Source: an uncultured Verrucomicrobiales bacterium (GTDB lineage: Bacteria > Verrucomicrobiota > Verrucomicrobiia > Verrucomicrobiales > DEV007). From it: a DNA stretch of 28,761 nt. A program made the translations under genes and the position numbers. Positions 8,989 through 17,444 of the stretch are shown here, one piece after another; position 1 is the first letter of the stretch, and every line of letters begins with the position of its first letter. The stretch lies in NCBI GenBank assembly GCA_938091905.1, contig CALKOM010000156.1, positions 1 through 28,761 of the forward strand, in the 5' to 3' direction. The notes under the pieces are model-generated. The model searched no databases. It was not told the origin of the DNA and worked only from the letters and a program-made list of their open reading frames with translations.

Positions 8989-9702
8989 CTAGAAGGCCGC
9001 AAGCTTGATCGGAGCAGAGCGATTCACCACTTTATCAGAGGATGTGTTCAAAATCTCTGCCGTCTTCTTGGCGATCTCATCGATGCTCGCCTCAGAGCCG
9101 CTATACCAAGAGTATGCAGCCAAATTCAACAGAGCCATCTTATCTGTCTCGCGGTGGCGGAAGGCTGCGAATACCCTGCCTGTTCCGCCGTCGCTCAAGC
9201 GGCCTTCGATACCTATGGCACCTTTGCCAGCCATGCTGAGCAACCCAACTCCTGGCACAGCGAAGCCCGCAGCAGTTGCGGCCGTGTTCCAGAACGCCTT
9301 TGCAGGAACCAATTCAGTAATCGCTGATTCGAAGACGAGAGTCTCAGGCCCCGGCCGATCCACAACGCGGAGCCGAGCCCAAGGGTGATTCCTCGAAGCT
9401 GTCACGAACGAGTTGTGCATGTAGCGGGCAAGTTTCTGTGCGTCAGCCTGAAGCTGGCCCTGGGTCTTGCTGCTCTGCGAGGCCCACCAGCTCTGCTCTC
9501 TGAGCCTAGCCACGCCCACGGGAGCAAAGTAGATGGACGTGTACCTCTGCGAAGGCGCCTTACCTCGCATCTCGGGGGCGCCCCAAACTTCATCGAGGAA
9601 CTGCGCCCGCGACGTGTTGTTCCCACTTCCTCCCCCCTGAAAAGTAGAACAACTCGTGAGAACGATCAGGCAAAGAGTAGAGAGAATAAGCGTTGGTTTC
9701 AT
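8989..9702 (-). CDS. DUF3313-family lipoprotein
   Basis: Likely start MKPTLILSTLCLIVLTSC (lipobox); PGPETLVFESAITELVP and IEGRLSDGGTGRVFAAF match the DUF3313 pattern. Confidence 0.75.
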   Translation of the reverse strand: MKPTLILSTLCLIVLTSCSTFQGGGSGNNTSRAQFLDEVWGAPEMRGKAPSQRYTSIYFAPVGVARLREQSWWASQSSKTQGQLQADAQKLARYMHNSFVTASRNHPWARLRVVDRPGPETLVFESAITELVPAKAFWNTAATAAGFAVPGVGLLSMAGKGAIGIEGRLSDGGTGRVFAAFRHRETDKMALLNLAAYSWYSGSEASIDEIAKKTAEILNTSSDKVVNRSAPIKLAAF

Positions 9703-9772
9703 GAGCATAAGATCGGCTGAAGCTTGGATGATAGGACTGGCTTTGGAGAAAACTGGCAAGAGCGTGGCAAGC

Positions 9773-10540
9773 TTACCATGGCTTTAACGTAAATGCTGAT
9801 CGATCATAAACAACCTCGCCAGGTCTCTTGTTTGCTGAGCGCACCATTTGCCACGACCACATGTGGATAATATCGATAGCATGGCCGTACCAAGAGAAAT
9901 TCTTCAAGTTTACAAGAGACGCTTGTCCCGACTCACGATCAGCGAACTGCGCTAGAATTTTCCCACTACTTCCATCTCGGATTCTTGCTTCGAAGGCGAT
10001 CGTTCCACTTGTCTGTGTACGAATGGCGGCGCCCGCGAACGAAGCCGCGTAGCTGGCAATATTGAGCACCGCCTTCGTGGGCGTAACCTCCACGATAGCC
10101 AATTCAAGCACCAGAGTTCCCCGACCTCGTGGATTCCTGACAACACGGAGCCTGTTGTTGGGATCAGAACTGAATGCGCCTGTCAGTGAGCGGTGGAAGT
10201 AATTTGCTAGATTCCGAGCATCCCGTTGTATAGTCTGATTATTGACCATCTGTTTCCACCACGTCTGTTGCATGAGATAGCGAGTATCAATCGGGGCAAT
10301 CGCGATCTTATCGTATCCCTGCAAGGACACGCCCGGACGCACCCAAACCTTGTCAAAAGGCAGATCCGCACGCTGCGCCATTGGAACCCTAGAATCAATG
10401 AAGCCAGCTGGCGGAGCAGGCATCGCTTTACACCCTACCAAGGCTACCATCATCAGCAGCAAGCAAGACCTTGCGGCCCACTCCATTGCCGAACTGCTAG
10501 AACGATGTGGTTTCTGGTTCTGTAATGAGTTAGTGTTCAT
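9773..10540 (-). CDS. DUF3313-family lipoprotein (paralog of the downstream gene)
   Basis: Lipobox LVGC; YDKIAIAP, GTLVLELAIVEVTP, FEARIRDGSSGKILAQFAD. Confidence 0.8.
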   Translation of the reverse strand: MNTNSLQNQKPHRSSSSAMEWAARSCLLLMMVALVGCKAMPAPPAGFIDSRVPMAQRADLPFDKVWVRPGVSLQGYDKIAIAPIDTRYLMQQTWWKQMVNNQTIQRDARNLANYFHRSLTGAFSSDPNNRLRVVRNPRGRGTLVLELAIVEVTPTKAVLNIASYAASFAGAAIRTQTSGTIAFEARIRDGSSGKILAQFADRESGQASLVNLKNFSWYGHAIDIIHMWSWQMVRSANKRPGEVVYDRSAFTLKPW

Positions 10541-10579
10541 ATAAGAAGATAAGGTAAAATAAGGTTCTGATATTCTCTG

Positions 10580-13111
10580 TCAACGTCTCTTCGTGCGGCC
10601 AGTTGAGCGAGATGAAGAAGAGCGGTTGCTTCTAGCAGACCGGCTTCGCTGGGTAGTGGATTTGCCACGTTGACGTGCTTGATAGTCTCGCTTCAACTGG
10701 CTTGAGCTGCTGCGCTTCGACTTGTAGGTGCTACGCTTGATGCTCGATCTGGCTGAGGGACGGCTACTGTGGGTAGAAGGACGTGCTTTGGGAGTCGAAC
10801 TTCTCGGCGTGGAAGGACGCGCCTGCGTTGGCCTCTTCGGAGTTGAGGGGCGCGTCGTTTGAGCGGGCCGCTTGGGTGGCGTCGACGGTCGGGTTCTAGG
10901 CGCAGTCAAAGGCCGGGTTTGTGCTGGCCGTTTCGGTGTGGTCGGACGAGCTGCACCTTGCCAATTACCTGCACTCGGGCGATTTCCAACGTTCCCCGTC
11001 GTGTTTGATTTGGTCCGAGCGTTAGGGATGTTCGCATTGTCCCATCCACCTCTGCCACGTTTGGACCAATCGCCATCGTTATCGCGCTTGTAGAGATTGC
11101 CATTCCTGCCGACATAAAGGTCATCCTTCTTTGATTTGCCAATGAAGGTGTCGGGTCCATAACGACGATTCACGCCGACGCCTGCAGCACCTTTCGAGGT
11201 TTCGAATCCGTAAGCGGTGCCCTTCCAATTCGACCGATGACCAGCACGGGCCCACTCATCATCTCGGCTTACGACCGCACGGCCCCAAGACCCATACGGC
11301 GTGTTTACTCCCGCGCGGGCTGCATAGGTATCCGTCCAGGGGTTATAAGCCTCTCTAGCAAAGGCACTCCCACGAGGTCCATAGGCAGCCCCGCCTCGTG
11401 CGTAAGTGCCTGTCCAGGGATTATAGACAGCGCCTCGGCCAGCACCGCCGTAGGGCCCATAATGAACGCTACCAGAGCGGTAATAACCTCCTGTATACCA
11501 ATTGTAATGCGCCCCGCAGCCATATCCATACCAGTGTGGTGGATGGTGGTAATGCCAGTAATGCCAATGATTGTCATCCCAATCGTCGATAATCTCACTG
11601 GCCAACCATAGTCCTGCGCCAAAGACCAGCGCTCTGCCAATCACATAGGAACCCATATAGCCCGAGGTGTAGCCCACGGTGACCTTGTCCGGCGTCGAAT
11701 CATACACGTGAACGTAGGTCACATTATGCTTCGGGCTTGAGCTTGGAATCGTATAGATTTGGTCCGGTACATTGGAACAAACAACCCAGGGACCGTTGGC
11801 TGAGCTCGCCTGAAACCAAACACCGCTCTTACAGGCGTAGAAGAGTGTATCGAAACCAAAGACATCATCAGGTGTGTTTGACGCATACGAGACCTCAGTT
11901 CCCTCAATCTCCTTAAACTGAGGGTCGCCGTCGTAGTTCACTTCTAGTGTCGCCTCGTCACGGCTGACCGTTGCGGTCTGAGGGATTTGCGCCATGATGA
12001 TCGCTTCTTCGGCATCAGGTGTGCCTGGCACAGACGCCAACACATAGGCCTTCTCGTGGTCCTGGGGGATCTTGAGGAACTCTTCTGGCAGTGTTTCGGT
12101 CGCAGCCTCCCACGGCCCATTCAACGTTTCTGCACTGAACCAACGTCCTGAAGTCAGGAAATAATGCCGTCCATCTATCATGAACAAATCGGCGTCTGTA
12201 TTGGCGACGAAGAGCAGCAAAGTGCCCGTGATCGGAGTGTAAGAAGGCTGTCCCTCCGTGATGATCAATTCGGATGGCTGTTCAACGACAATCACCTGCG
12301 GAGCCGTATCGGAGCCCTTTGGCTCCAAATTTGCCCTCACATCTTTCCAATTATCGTCGTCGGGCAGCTTGCTCAGATCATTGGGCAAGGACTCCGAGCT
12401 CACCCAGGGACCGTTTGCTAGATCCTTCGTTTCGACCCAGCCATCGCCATTAAGAAGATAGTAGTTCCCAGAGCTAGGCTCCATGAAGAGGTCCCAGTTC
12501 GTGTTAATCGCAAACAGCAGATTCGTGTCTTTGATAGTTTGAAGTCGAGGCTTGCCCATGAACATGACCAAGATGGACGGCTCAGAGCTATAATAGATGG
12601 GCGGCGGATCCAGGTTCACCTCGACCTGCCGCTCCTGCTCGGCCGTTCTCTCGACGTTTGCGAGCACACGATCCAAGTTCATCAATAAGGGCTTCTTGGG
12701 AGTCAGAATACTCTCCGTAACCAGCCTCAATCGCTTGGATTCGGCGGCGTCCTTCGCATCAGGAAAGCGCAATTCCTTCACCGTGCGCTCCTTGAAAGTC
12801 ACCGTCCGTGTTTCCATATCGGCAATGGTCTCCGCCTCCATGGTCATGGCGCCATAGTGCACATCTTCAGTACCCTCTGGCTTCACAGCGACAGCCATGC
12901 GAGCCGTCGCCTTGCGATAGTCCTCCCATTCGTGAATCTGTGGTTGGAAGATAGCGACTTCGTAGCCAGGTGCTTGATACACTTGTGGCCAGTCGAGGCC
13001 GTCGAGAGCCTTCTGGTCTTCACTATCTTTGGCCGCTTGGCCAAACGCACTGATGACCGATGCGAGCATGAGGACGCCAAGCGTCGTGATTGGAGCGTGA
13101 TTTAGCTTCAT
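10580..13111 (-). CDS. Large secreted repeat protein (family often labelled carbohydrate-binding family V/XII) with a disordered basic tail
   Basis: 843 aa; signal peptide; three NTxxD(L/V)F...GxW...NGPW...(L/V)P repeats; His/Trp/Tyr-rich patch; YNPWT repeats; P/R/S/T-rich C-terminus. Confidence 0.8.
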   Translation of the reverse strand: MKLNHAPITTLGVLMLASVISAFGQAAKDSEDQKALDGLDWPQVYQAPGYEVAIFQPQIHEWEDYRKATARMAVAVKPEGTEDVHYGAMTMEAETIADMETRTVTFKERTVKELRFPDAKDAAESKRLRLVTESILTPKKPLLMNLDRVLANVERTAEQERQVEVNLDPPPIYYSSEPSILVMFMGKPRLQTIKDTNLLFAINTNWDLFMEPSSGNYYLLNGDGWVETKDLANGPWVSSESLPNDLSKLPDDDNWKDVRANLEPKGSDTAPQVIVVEQPSELIITEGQPSYTPITGTLLLFVANTDADLFMIDGRHYFLTSGRWFSAETLNGPWEAATETLPEEFLKIPQDHEKAYVLASVPGTPDAEEAIIMAQIPQTATVSRDEATLEVNYDGDPQFKEIEGTEVSYASNTPDDVFGFDTLFYACKSGVWFQASSANGPWVVCSNVPDQIYTIPSSSPKHNVTYVHVYDSTPDKVTVGYTSGYMGSYVIGRALVFGAGLWLASEIIDDWDDNHWHYWHYHHPPHWYGYGCGAHYNWYTGGYYRSGSVHYGPYGGAGRGAVYNPWTGTYARGGAAYGPRGSAFAREAYNPWTDTYAARAGVNTPYGSWGRAVVSRDDEWARAGHRSNWKGTAYGFETSKGAAGVGVNRRYGPDTFIGKSKKDDLYVGRNGNLYKRDNDGDWSKRGRGGWDNANIPNARTKSNTTGNVGNRPSAGNWQGAARPTTPKRPAQTRPLTAPRTRPSTPPKRPAQTTRPSTPKRPTQARPSTPRSSTPKARPSTHSSRPSARSSIKRSTYKSKRSSSSQLKRDYQARQRGKSTTQRSRSARSNRSSSSRSTGRTKRR

Positions 13112-13194
13112 AGGTGAATGTCGGTGAGAGGCGATTCAGGAGCGATCGTCGTTTGTTAGTTTCAGTTATTTCGGGAAAGGGAAATAGGGTTGTC

Positions 13195-13302
13195 TTAGAA
13201 TGAATAGCCTAAGCCGATTGTCAGGCCGTCCATCTCGACGTCGTAATCAAAGTTCCCGCCATCGTAATCAAAGTTCCCGCCATCGTAATCAATCTCCATA
13301 TG
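13195..13302 (-). pseudogene. C-terminal remnant of an outer-membrane beta-barrel protein
   Basis: Reads HMEIDYDGGNFDYDGGNFDYDVEMDGLTIGLGYSF*, with a terminal alternating beta strand ending in Phe. The upstream sequence does not continue the protein. Confidence 0.7.
13241..13292. repeat. 21-bp tandem repeat, about 2.5 copies
   Basis: TCGTAATCAAAGTTCCCGCCA at 13241-13261 and 13262-13282, plus a partial TCGTAATCAA at 13283-13292. Confidence 0.95.
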
Positions 13303-13480
13303 GCTTGGTTTCAATTTGCTAACGCAAGATAGCTGAGTGGTGGAAATGTAGGTGTCGCAGGTGTTCCGCGTGATCTGTCAGCAGGAGGTGTAGGCGATTA
13401 CTGTTCTCATATCAATGGCGTTCTAGCCCAATTGGAGTATAGCCCTCGCCTCACTGAACATGATGACGGATGGCGGCGGA

Positions 13481-13553
13481 AGCAATGGTGTCCAGTGGTC
13501 CCGCAGGAACGGAGCGCAGCACAGTGACGAGGACAGCACTGGACACCATTGCT
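13481..13553. repeat. Perfect 17-bp inverted repeat (hairpin)
   Basis: AGCAATGGTGTCCAGTG(13481-13497) / CACTGGACACCATTGCT(13537-13553); the 39-nt loop contains GGAGCGCAGC. Confidence 0.9.
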
Positions 13554-13616
13554 GAAGCTGGCGGATTGGTCCTGTTCTGAGATGCTGATCGAAGACTCTC
13601 TGTGAGGGAAAATGAC

Positions 13617-14543
13617 TTAAGCGGCGATTAGACGATGAACGGAATCGGCTGGAGATGCAAAGTCGAGTGCTTTGCGTGGGCGTTCGTTGATCTCCTCTTC
13701 AACCCATTTGAGAACATCTTGATTCACGTCGGCGAAACTTTCGCCTTTCGGATAGTATTGACGCAGAAGCCCGTTGTGATTCTCGACCAGCCCCTTTTCC
13801 CACGAATGATAGGGGGCGCAGAAGTAGCCCTTGGCATCAAGCTGTTGCGAGATCTCCAGATGGTTGGCGAACTCCAGACCATTGTCGTAGGTCAACGAGC
13901 GGACCTTGTAGCCAAGAAGCCGATTGACAATGGCGCATGCCACGGTGGGAGCTTTCTTGTCTTCAAGCTTCTCGAATAGGCTGTAGCGGCTCTTACGATC
14001 CACCATGCTAAGAATGAAGCCCGTTCCTTTGGAGCCCTCAACGAGGTCAACCTCCCAATCACCATAAAATCTTCGGGTTTCCACCGATGCTGGTCGCTGC
14101 GAAATGTCGACACGATTAGTGATTTGGCTACGAGAGCCTTTCACGCGAGGTCTGCGCCGCCGCCGAGAATTGATTCTCAAGCACACGTAGAGTTCACCGC
14201 CTGCTTTTTTATGCCTAGCGATGTAGCGATAGATTGTTTCGTGACTAACGGTGTCGCCGTAATCTCTGCGTAACGAGCCCGAGATCTGTTCTGGGCTGTG
14301 GAGCAAGCGAATGCGCGTTTCGACCTCGTCTGCAAGGTCGCCAGTGATCTTCGGCTTCTTACGCTGCGTCGCCTTCCGCTCAACAGCAAACGTCCCTGCT
14401 TGCTTGGGCAGGTATCCACGCAGCCCCGAGTTGCGTTGGATCTCCCTGCCGATCGTGCTTAAGTAAAATCCAAGGGTCTTCGCTATCTCTGAGGAGTTAT
14501 TCCCATGCTGGAGCATACGGGCGATGGTATTTCTGTCATGTTG
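13617..14543 (-). mobile_element. IS30-family transposase, native 5' end and left end lost
   Basis: HTH SEIAKTLGFYLSTIGREIQRNS; HSPEQISG; VSHETIYRYI; DDE motifs GDWEVDLVEG, LTYDNGLEF, PYHSWEKGLVENHNGLLRQYYPKG; INERPRKALDFASP. The first ~17 codons of the ORF-track protein are antisense ISL3 sequence. Confidence 0.9.
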
Positions 14544-14732
14544 GCCAAGAGCTTTCGCAAGGGAGCCGACAAGATCGTGGCATTCTGCAAGCACCGCATC
14601 ACGTCGGGAAAGATTGAAGAATTCAACAATCTTGTTTCAAGAGTGGTGCATCGGGCCTGCGGAATCACTAACATGGATTACGCATGGTTGAAATTTCGGC
14701 AGCTCTCCATCCAGCAAACTTGACGGAGCGCC
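14541..14732 (+). mobile_element. ISL3-family transposase C-terminal remnant with probable right end
   Basis: LAKSFRKGADKIVAFCKHRITSGKIEEFNNLVSRVVHRACGITNMDYAWLKFRQ matches the ISL3 C-terminus. It ends ...AAACTTGACGGAGCGCC and is followed by AT-rich GAAATATT, as typical of ISL3 ends and targets. Confidence 0.8.
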
Positions 14733-14816
14733 GAAATATTTTGGATTGCCCTCATGTCAAGCCTGAGGCAAACCCTATGCCACAGCTTTAAAACAATTTT
14801 CGTCATTAGAGTAATG

Positions 14817-15854
14817 CTAGGGTTTTTTGAATAGATAGTGAGAAACGCCCCACTCCTCGCCATTGCGATAGCCCCAAAGCTCTGCGCAGGCCATGAAAAA
14901 GGTGCGCCAATAGTGCCACCATTTATTGGCATCCTTAGAGCCATAGGTTTGCGCGAATAAAGGCATAATGTCGTTTTTATGACGATCCATATTCACAAGC
15001 CAGGCATTGGAAGTGTGCTCGTAGTGACGGCCATTGACTTTCCAATCCTTGATCAAAGAGAGATCATCCTGAAAATGTGTGAGAAGATCGTGTGAGGGCA
15101 TTTGTCCCCCAGTGAAGAAATATTTGGCCATCCAATCATCTTCACTTTCGATCTCGTAGTGATAGGCTGCGACACGGTGGGTAAAGATGTGAACGAACAA
15201 TTGGCCACCGGGCACAATCCAGGTGGCGATCCGACGTAGAAGTTCGGCGTAGTTCTTCATGTGCTCAAACATCTCAACCGATACGACACGATCGAAAACG
15301 CCTTCGCCCTCACCTTTATAGTGGATCATATTAGCAGTGCGTACTATGAGATTGCGAAAGCCACGGATGGATGCTTGACCCTCAATGTGAGCCTTCTGAC
15401 TTGCCGAGTTGGAGACAACCGTGATCCGGGCGTTCGGATACTGTTCGGCCATCCAAAGGGAGAGCGATCCCCATCCACAACCAAGTTCAAGAATGCGTTG
15501 GCCATCTGCAAGACCAGCTCGTTCACAAGTGATCCGAAGCATATTCTCTTCTGCTTCTGCTAAGCTCTCATCAGGTGAATCGAACCAAGCGGAACTGTAT
15601 TTGAGGTGCGGTCCGAGTGCATACTGATAGAATTCAGCCGGAACCTCGTAGTGCTGCTCGTTGGCAGCCTCAGTCTCGATGGCGATGGGGCTATTCCGCA
15701 GTTCAGCAACGTGAGCGGCGACCACATGGCGCTGCTCGTCATCGCTCGGCTTCACATGAGTCCTAAGAGTTTCGGCAAGGCGGCGGCGAATACCAAAACG
15801 AATGGCGGCATCTGGCAAAACGCCGTTGGCTAGGAGAAGATTGATGAGGCTCAT
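14817..15854 (-). CDS. SAM-dependent methyltransferase, cyclopropane-fatty-acid synthase-like (coclaurine N-methyltransferase-like subgroup)
   Basis: ANEQHYEVP, LGPHLKYSS, ILELGCGWGS, FDRVVSVEMFEHMKNY, YFFTGGQMPS. Confidence 0.9.
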   Translation of the reverse strand: MSLINLLLANGVLPDAAIRFGIRRRLAETLRTHVKPSDDEQRHVVAAHVAELRNSPIAIETEAANEQHYEVPAEFYQYALGPHLKYSSAWFDSPDESLAEAEENMLRITCERAGLADGQRILELGCGWGSLSLWMAEQYPNARITVVSNSASQKAHIEGQASIRGFRNLIVRTANMIHYKGEGEGVFDRVVSVEMFEHMKNYAELLRRIATWIVPGGQLFVHIFTHRVAAYHYEIESEDDWMAKYFFTGGQMPSHDLLTHFQDDLSLIKDWKVNGRHYEHTSNAWLVNMDRHKNDIMPLFAQTYGSKDANKWWHYWRTFFMACAELWGYRNGEEWGVSHYLFKKP

Positions 15855-16633
15855 GAGTGATTATTGGGTGGTAGCGGAATAAATGAACTCGTGATTCGTT
15901 GATAATTTCGGTAGAGATCGCCTCTCTTCTTGATAGCCAGCTCTTCGGTTAGCGGGATGCCGGTGACATTGAGAATGAAATGAAGCATTGCAAGGGGAGC
16001 AATGATTGCAGTCCAGCCCCATGATATGGGAAGGGCCATGAGGAAGAGTCCCCACCATAGTAGGGACTGAAAAAAATAGTTAGGATGACGAGAGAAACGC
16101 CACAAACCTTGTTGGCAGACAGCCAATGGATCCATTGAAGTCTTCTTGAATTGCTTGAGCTGAGCATCAGCGATCGCTTCTCCAATCAACGCTAAGCACC
16201 ACAGCGCGAAACCAGCAACCTCCAATGGATGAAAGCTATCTATTGCATTCCTCGAGATCAGAAATACCGGCAGCATGAGAAGCCAGACCAAGAGGCCCTG
16301 CGAGAGGAAGAAAAGGAAAAAGGCGCGTTCTGGATTGGTCGACCATCGCTCACGAAGAATGGTGTAGCGTGGATCGATATGAGGGTGGTGGGCAGCGACT
16401 CGTCTCCAAAGGTAGATCCCTAGTCGCATACTCCAAAGGACAATAAGCGATGCGATAACCAACCGGCGAGGTAACCAACCACCGCCTAGCATGGCATGAA
16501 CGATAGCCACTGGCGCAAATGATAGTGCCCAAGCAACATCAACAATGCTCTGATTGGCGATCTTCCTTGCCAGCCACCAAGTAAAAATAAATAAGGCTGC
16601 TAAAAGCAGTGCACTAATCGAGAGAGCATTCAT
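15851..16633 (-). CDS. DUF1295-family membrane protein (steroid 5-alpha-reductase-like)
   Basis: SIVDVAW, WSMRLGIYL, DPRY, EAIADAQL, GLWRFSRHPNYF, TGIPLTE, YQRITSSFIP. Start reassigned to MNALSIS (16633). Confidence 0.9.
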   Translation of the reverse strand: MNALSISALLLAALFIFTWWLARKIANQSIVDVAWALSFAPVAIVHAMLGGGWLPRRLVIASLIVLWSMRLGIYLWRRVAAHHPHIDPRYTILRERWSTNPERAFFLFFLSQGLLVWLLMLPVFLISRNAIDSFHPLEVAGFALWCLALIGEAIADAQLKQFKKTSMDPLAVCQQGLWRFSRHPNYFFQSLLWWGLFLMALPISWGWTAIIAPLAMLHFILNVTGIPLTEELAIKKRGDLYRNYQRITSSFIPLPPNNHS

Positions 16634-16638
16634 TTCTT

Positions 16639-17115
16639 TCAACGATGAGTAGCTGATTCGAGCATTGGTCTCGTAATGGTGACTGCGATGAGTAGGAGCA
16701 AGGGTGCTGTGATTAGCCAAGCCACGACGCCGTGGACTCCAGACATGCCAAAGTCGCGTAGAAACTGCATGGAATCGGCACGGGTGCATTTAATTAACAG
16801 CAAACCATAACAAGTGATAGGCTCCGCACTGAACACAAGTTCACCAACGCGAACGAAAAATGGGATGGCAAGAATCTGCAGAGGATAAACGAGCCAGTTG
16901 AATGTGTGAAGAACAAGCTGATTGAGCCCTGCGGTGTACCCAACTGCAATGGCCGTAACTAGAAGCGGAAACAAGCCAGAAACAATCCCAGCTGCAATAG
17001 CCCATGCGAGAGCGCGGGGTGAGATGCCTTGAATGATTTGCGTCTTTAATGGAGTTATCAGTCTGCGTTGAAACAATCTCGGCGGTGCTTCAGCCCTCAA
17101 AAGAGTCGCATTCAT
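16639..17115 (-). CDS. DUF2062-family membrane protein
   Basis: QGISPRALAWAIAAG...GLFP...LNQ...NWLVYPLQ. Start reassigned to the ATG at 17115, which forms an ATGA overlap with the upstream stop. Confidence 0.75.
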   Translation of the reverse strand: MNATLLRAEAPPRLFQRRLITPLKTQIIQGISPRALAWAIAAGIVSGLFPLLVTAIAVGYTAGLNQLVLHTFNWLVYPLQILAIPFFVRVGELVFSAEPITCYGLLLIKCTRADSMQFLRDFGMSGVHGVVAWLITAPLLLLIAVTITRPMLESATHR

Positions 17116-17444
17116 GAGTGCCGAAGAAGAATGTCCCGCCCACCTGCTTTCATGGGCAATCTGAAGAGGAGGATGAGCATGTAGATTGCCGTAGCGATGT
17201 TTCCAAAGAGTAGAATGGCCACGAGCCACGCGATGCGTGCCATCATGCTGGTTTCACGATATAAAACCCAGCAATAGAAAATTAGGAATCCCCAGTAGGC
17301 ATCCAACAAACACACAATGAACCAAGGATGCCCGCCAACGTTATTGGGGATCTCCCAGAGAGCTGTATGATTATCCGCCCAAAGGGTGACGGCGAGCATC
17401 GAGAGTAAGACGATGAAAAAGAAAATGCGCAGCTTAACAATCAT
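17112..17444 (-). CDS. DUF1475-family small membrane protein
   Basis: PWFIVCLLDAYWGFLIFYCWVLYRE...LLFGNIATAIY; translationally coupled on both sides. Confidence 0.8.
   Translation of the reverse strand: MIVKLRIFFFIVLLSMLAVTLWADNHTALWEIPNNVGGHPWFIVCLLDAYWGFLIFYCWVLYRETSMMARIAWLVAILLFGNIATAIYMLILLFRLPMKAGGRDILLRHS

Noticed and set aside
13241..13292. 21-bp repeats as a CRISPR array
   Set aside because: The repeats are directly adjacent with no spacers, there are no cas genes, and an in-frame coding duplication explains them.
16634..17229. Extended N-termini of the DUF1295 (to 16789) and DUF2062 (to 17229) ORFs
   Set aside because: They overlap neighbouring genes extensively. Downstream ATGs give normal coupling and family-typical starts.
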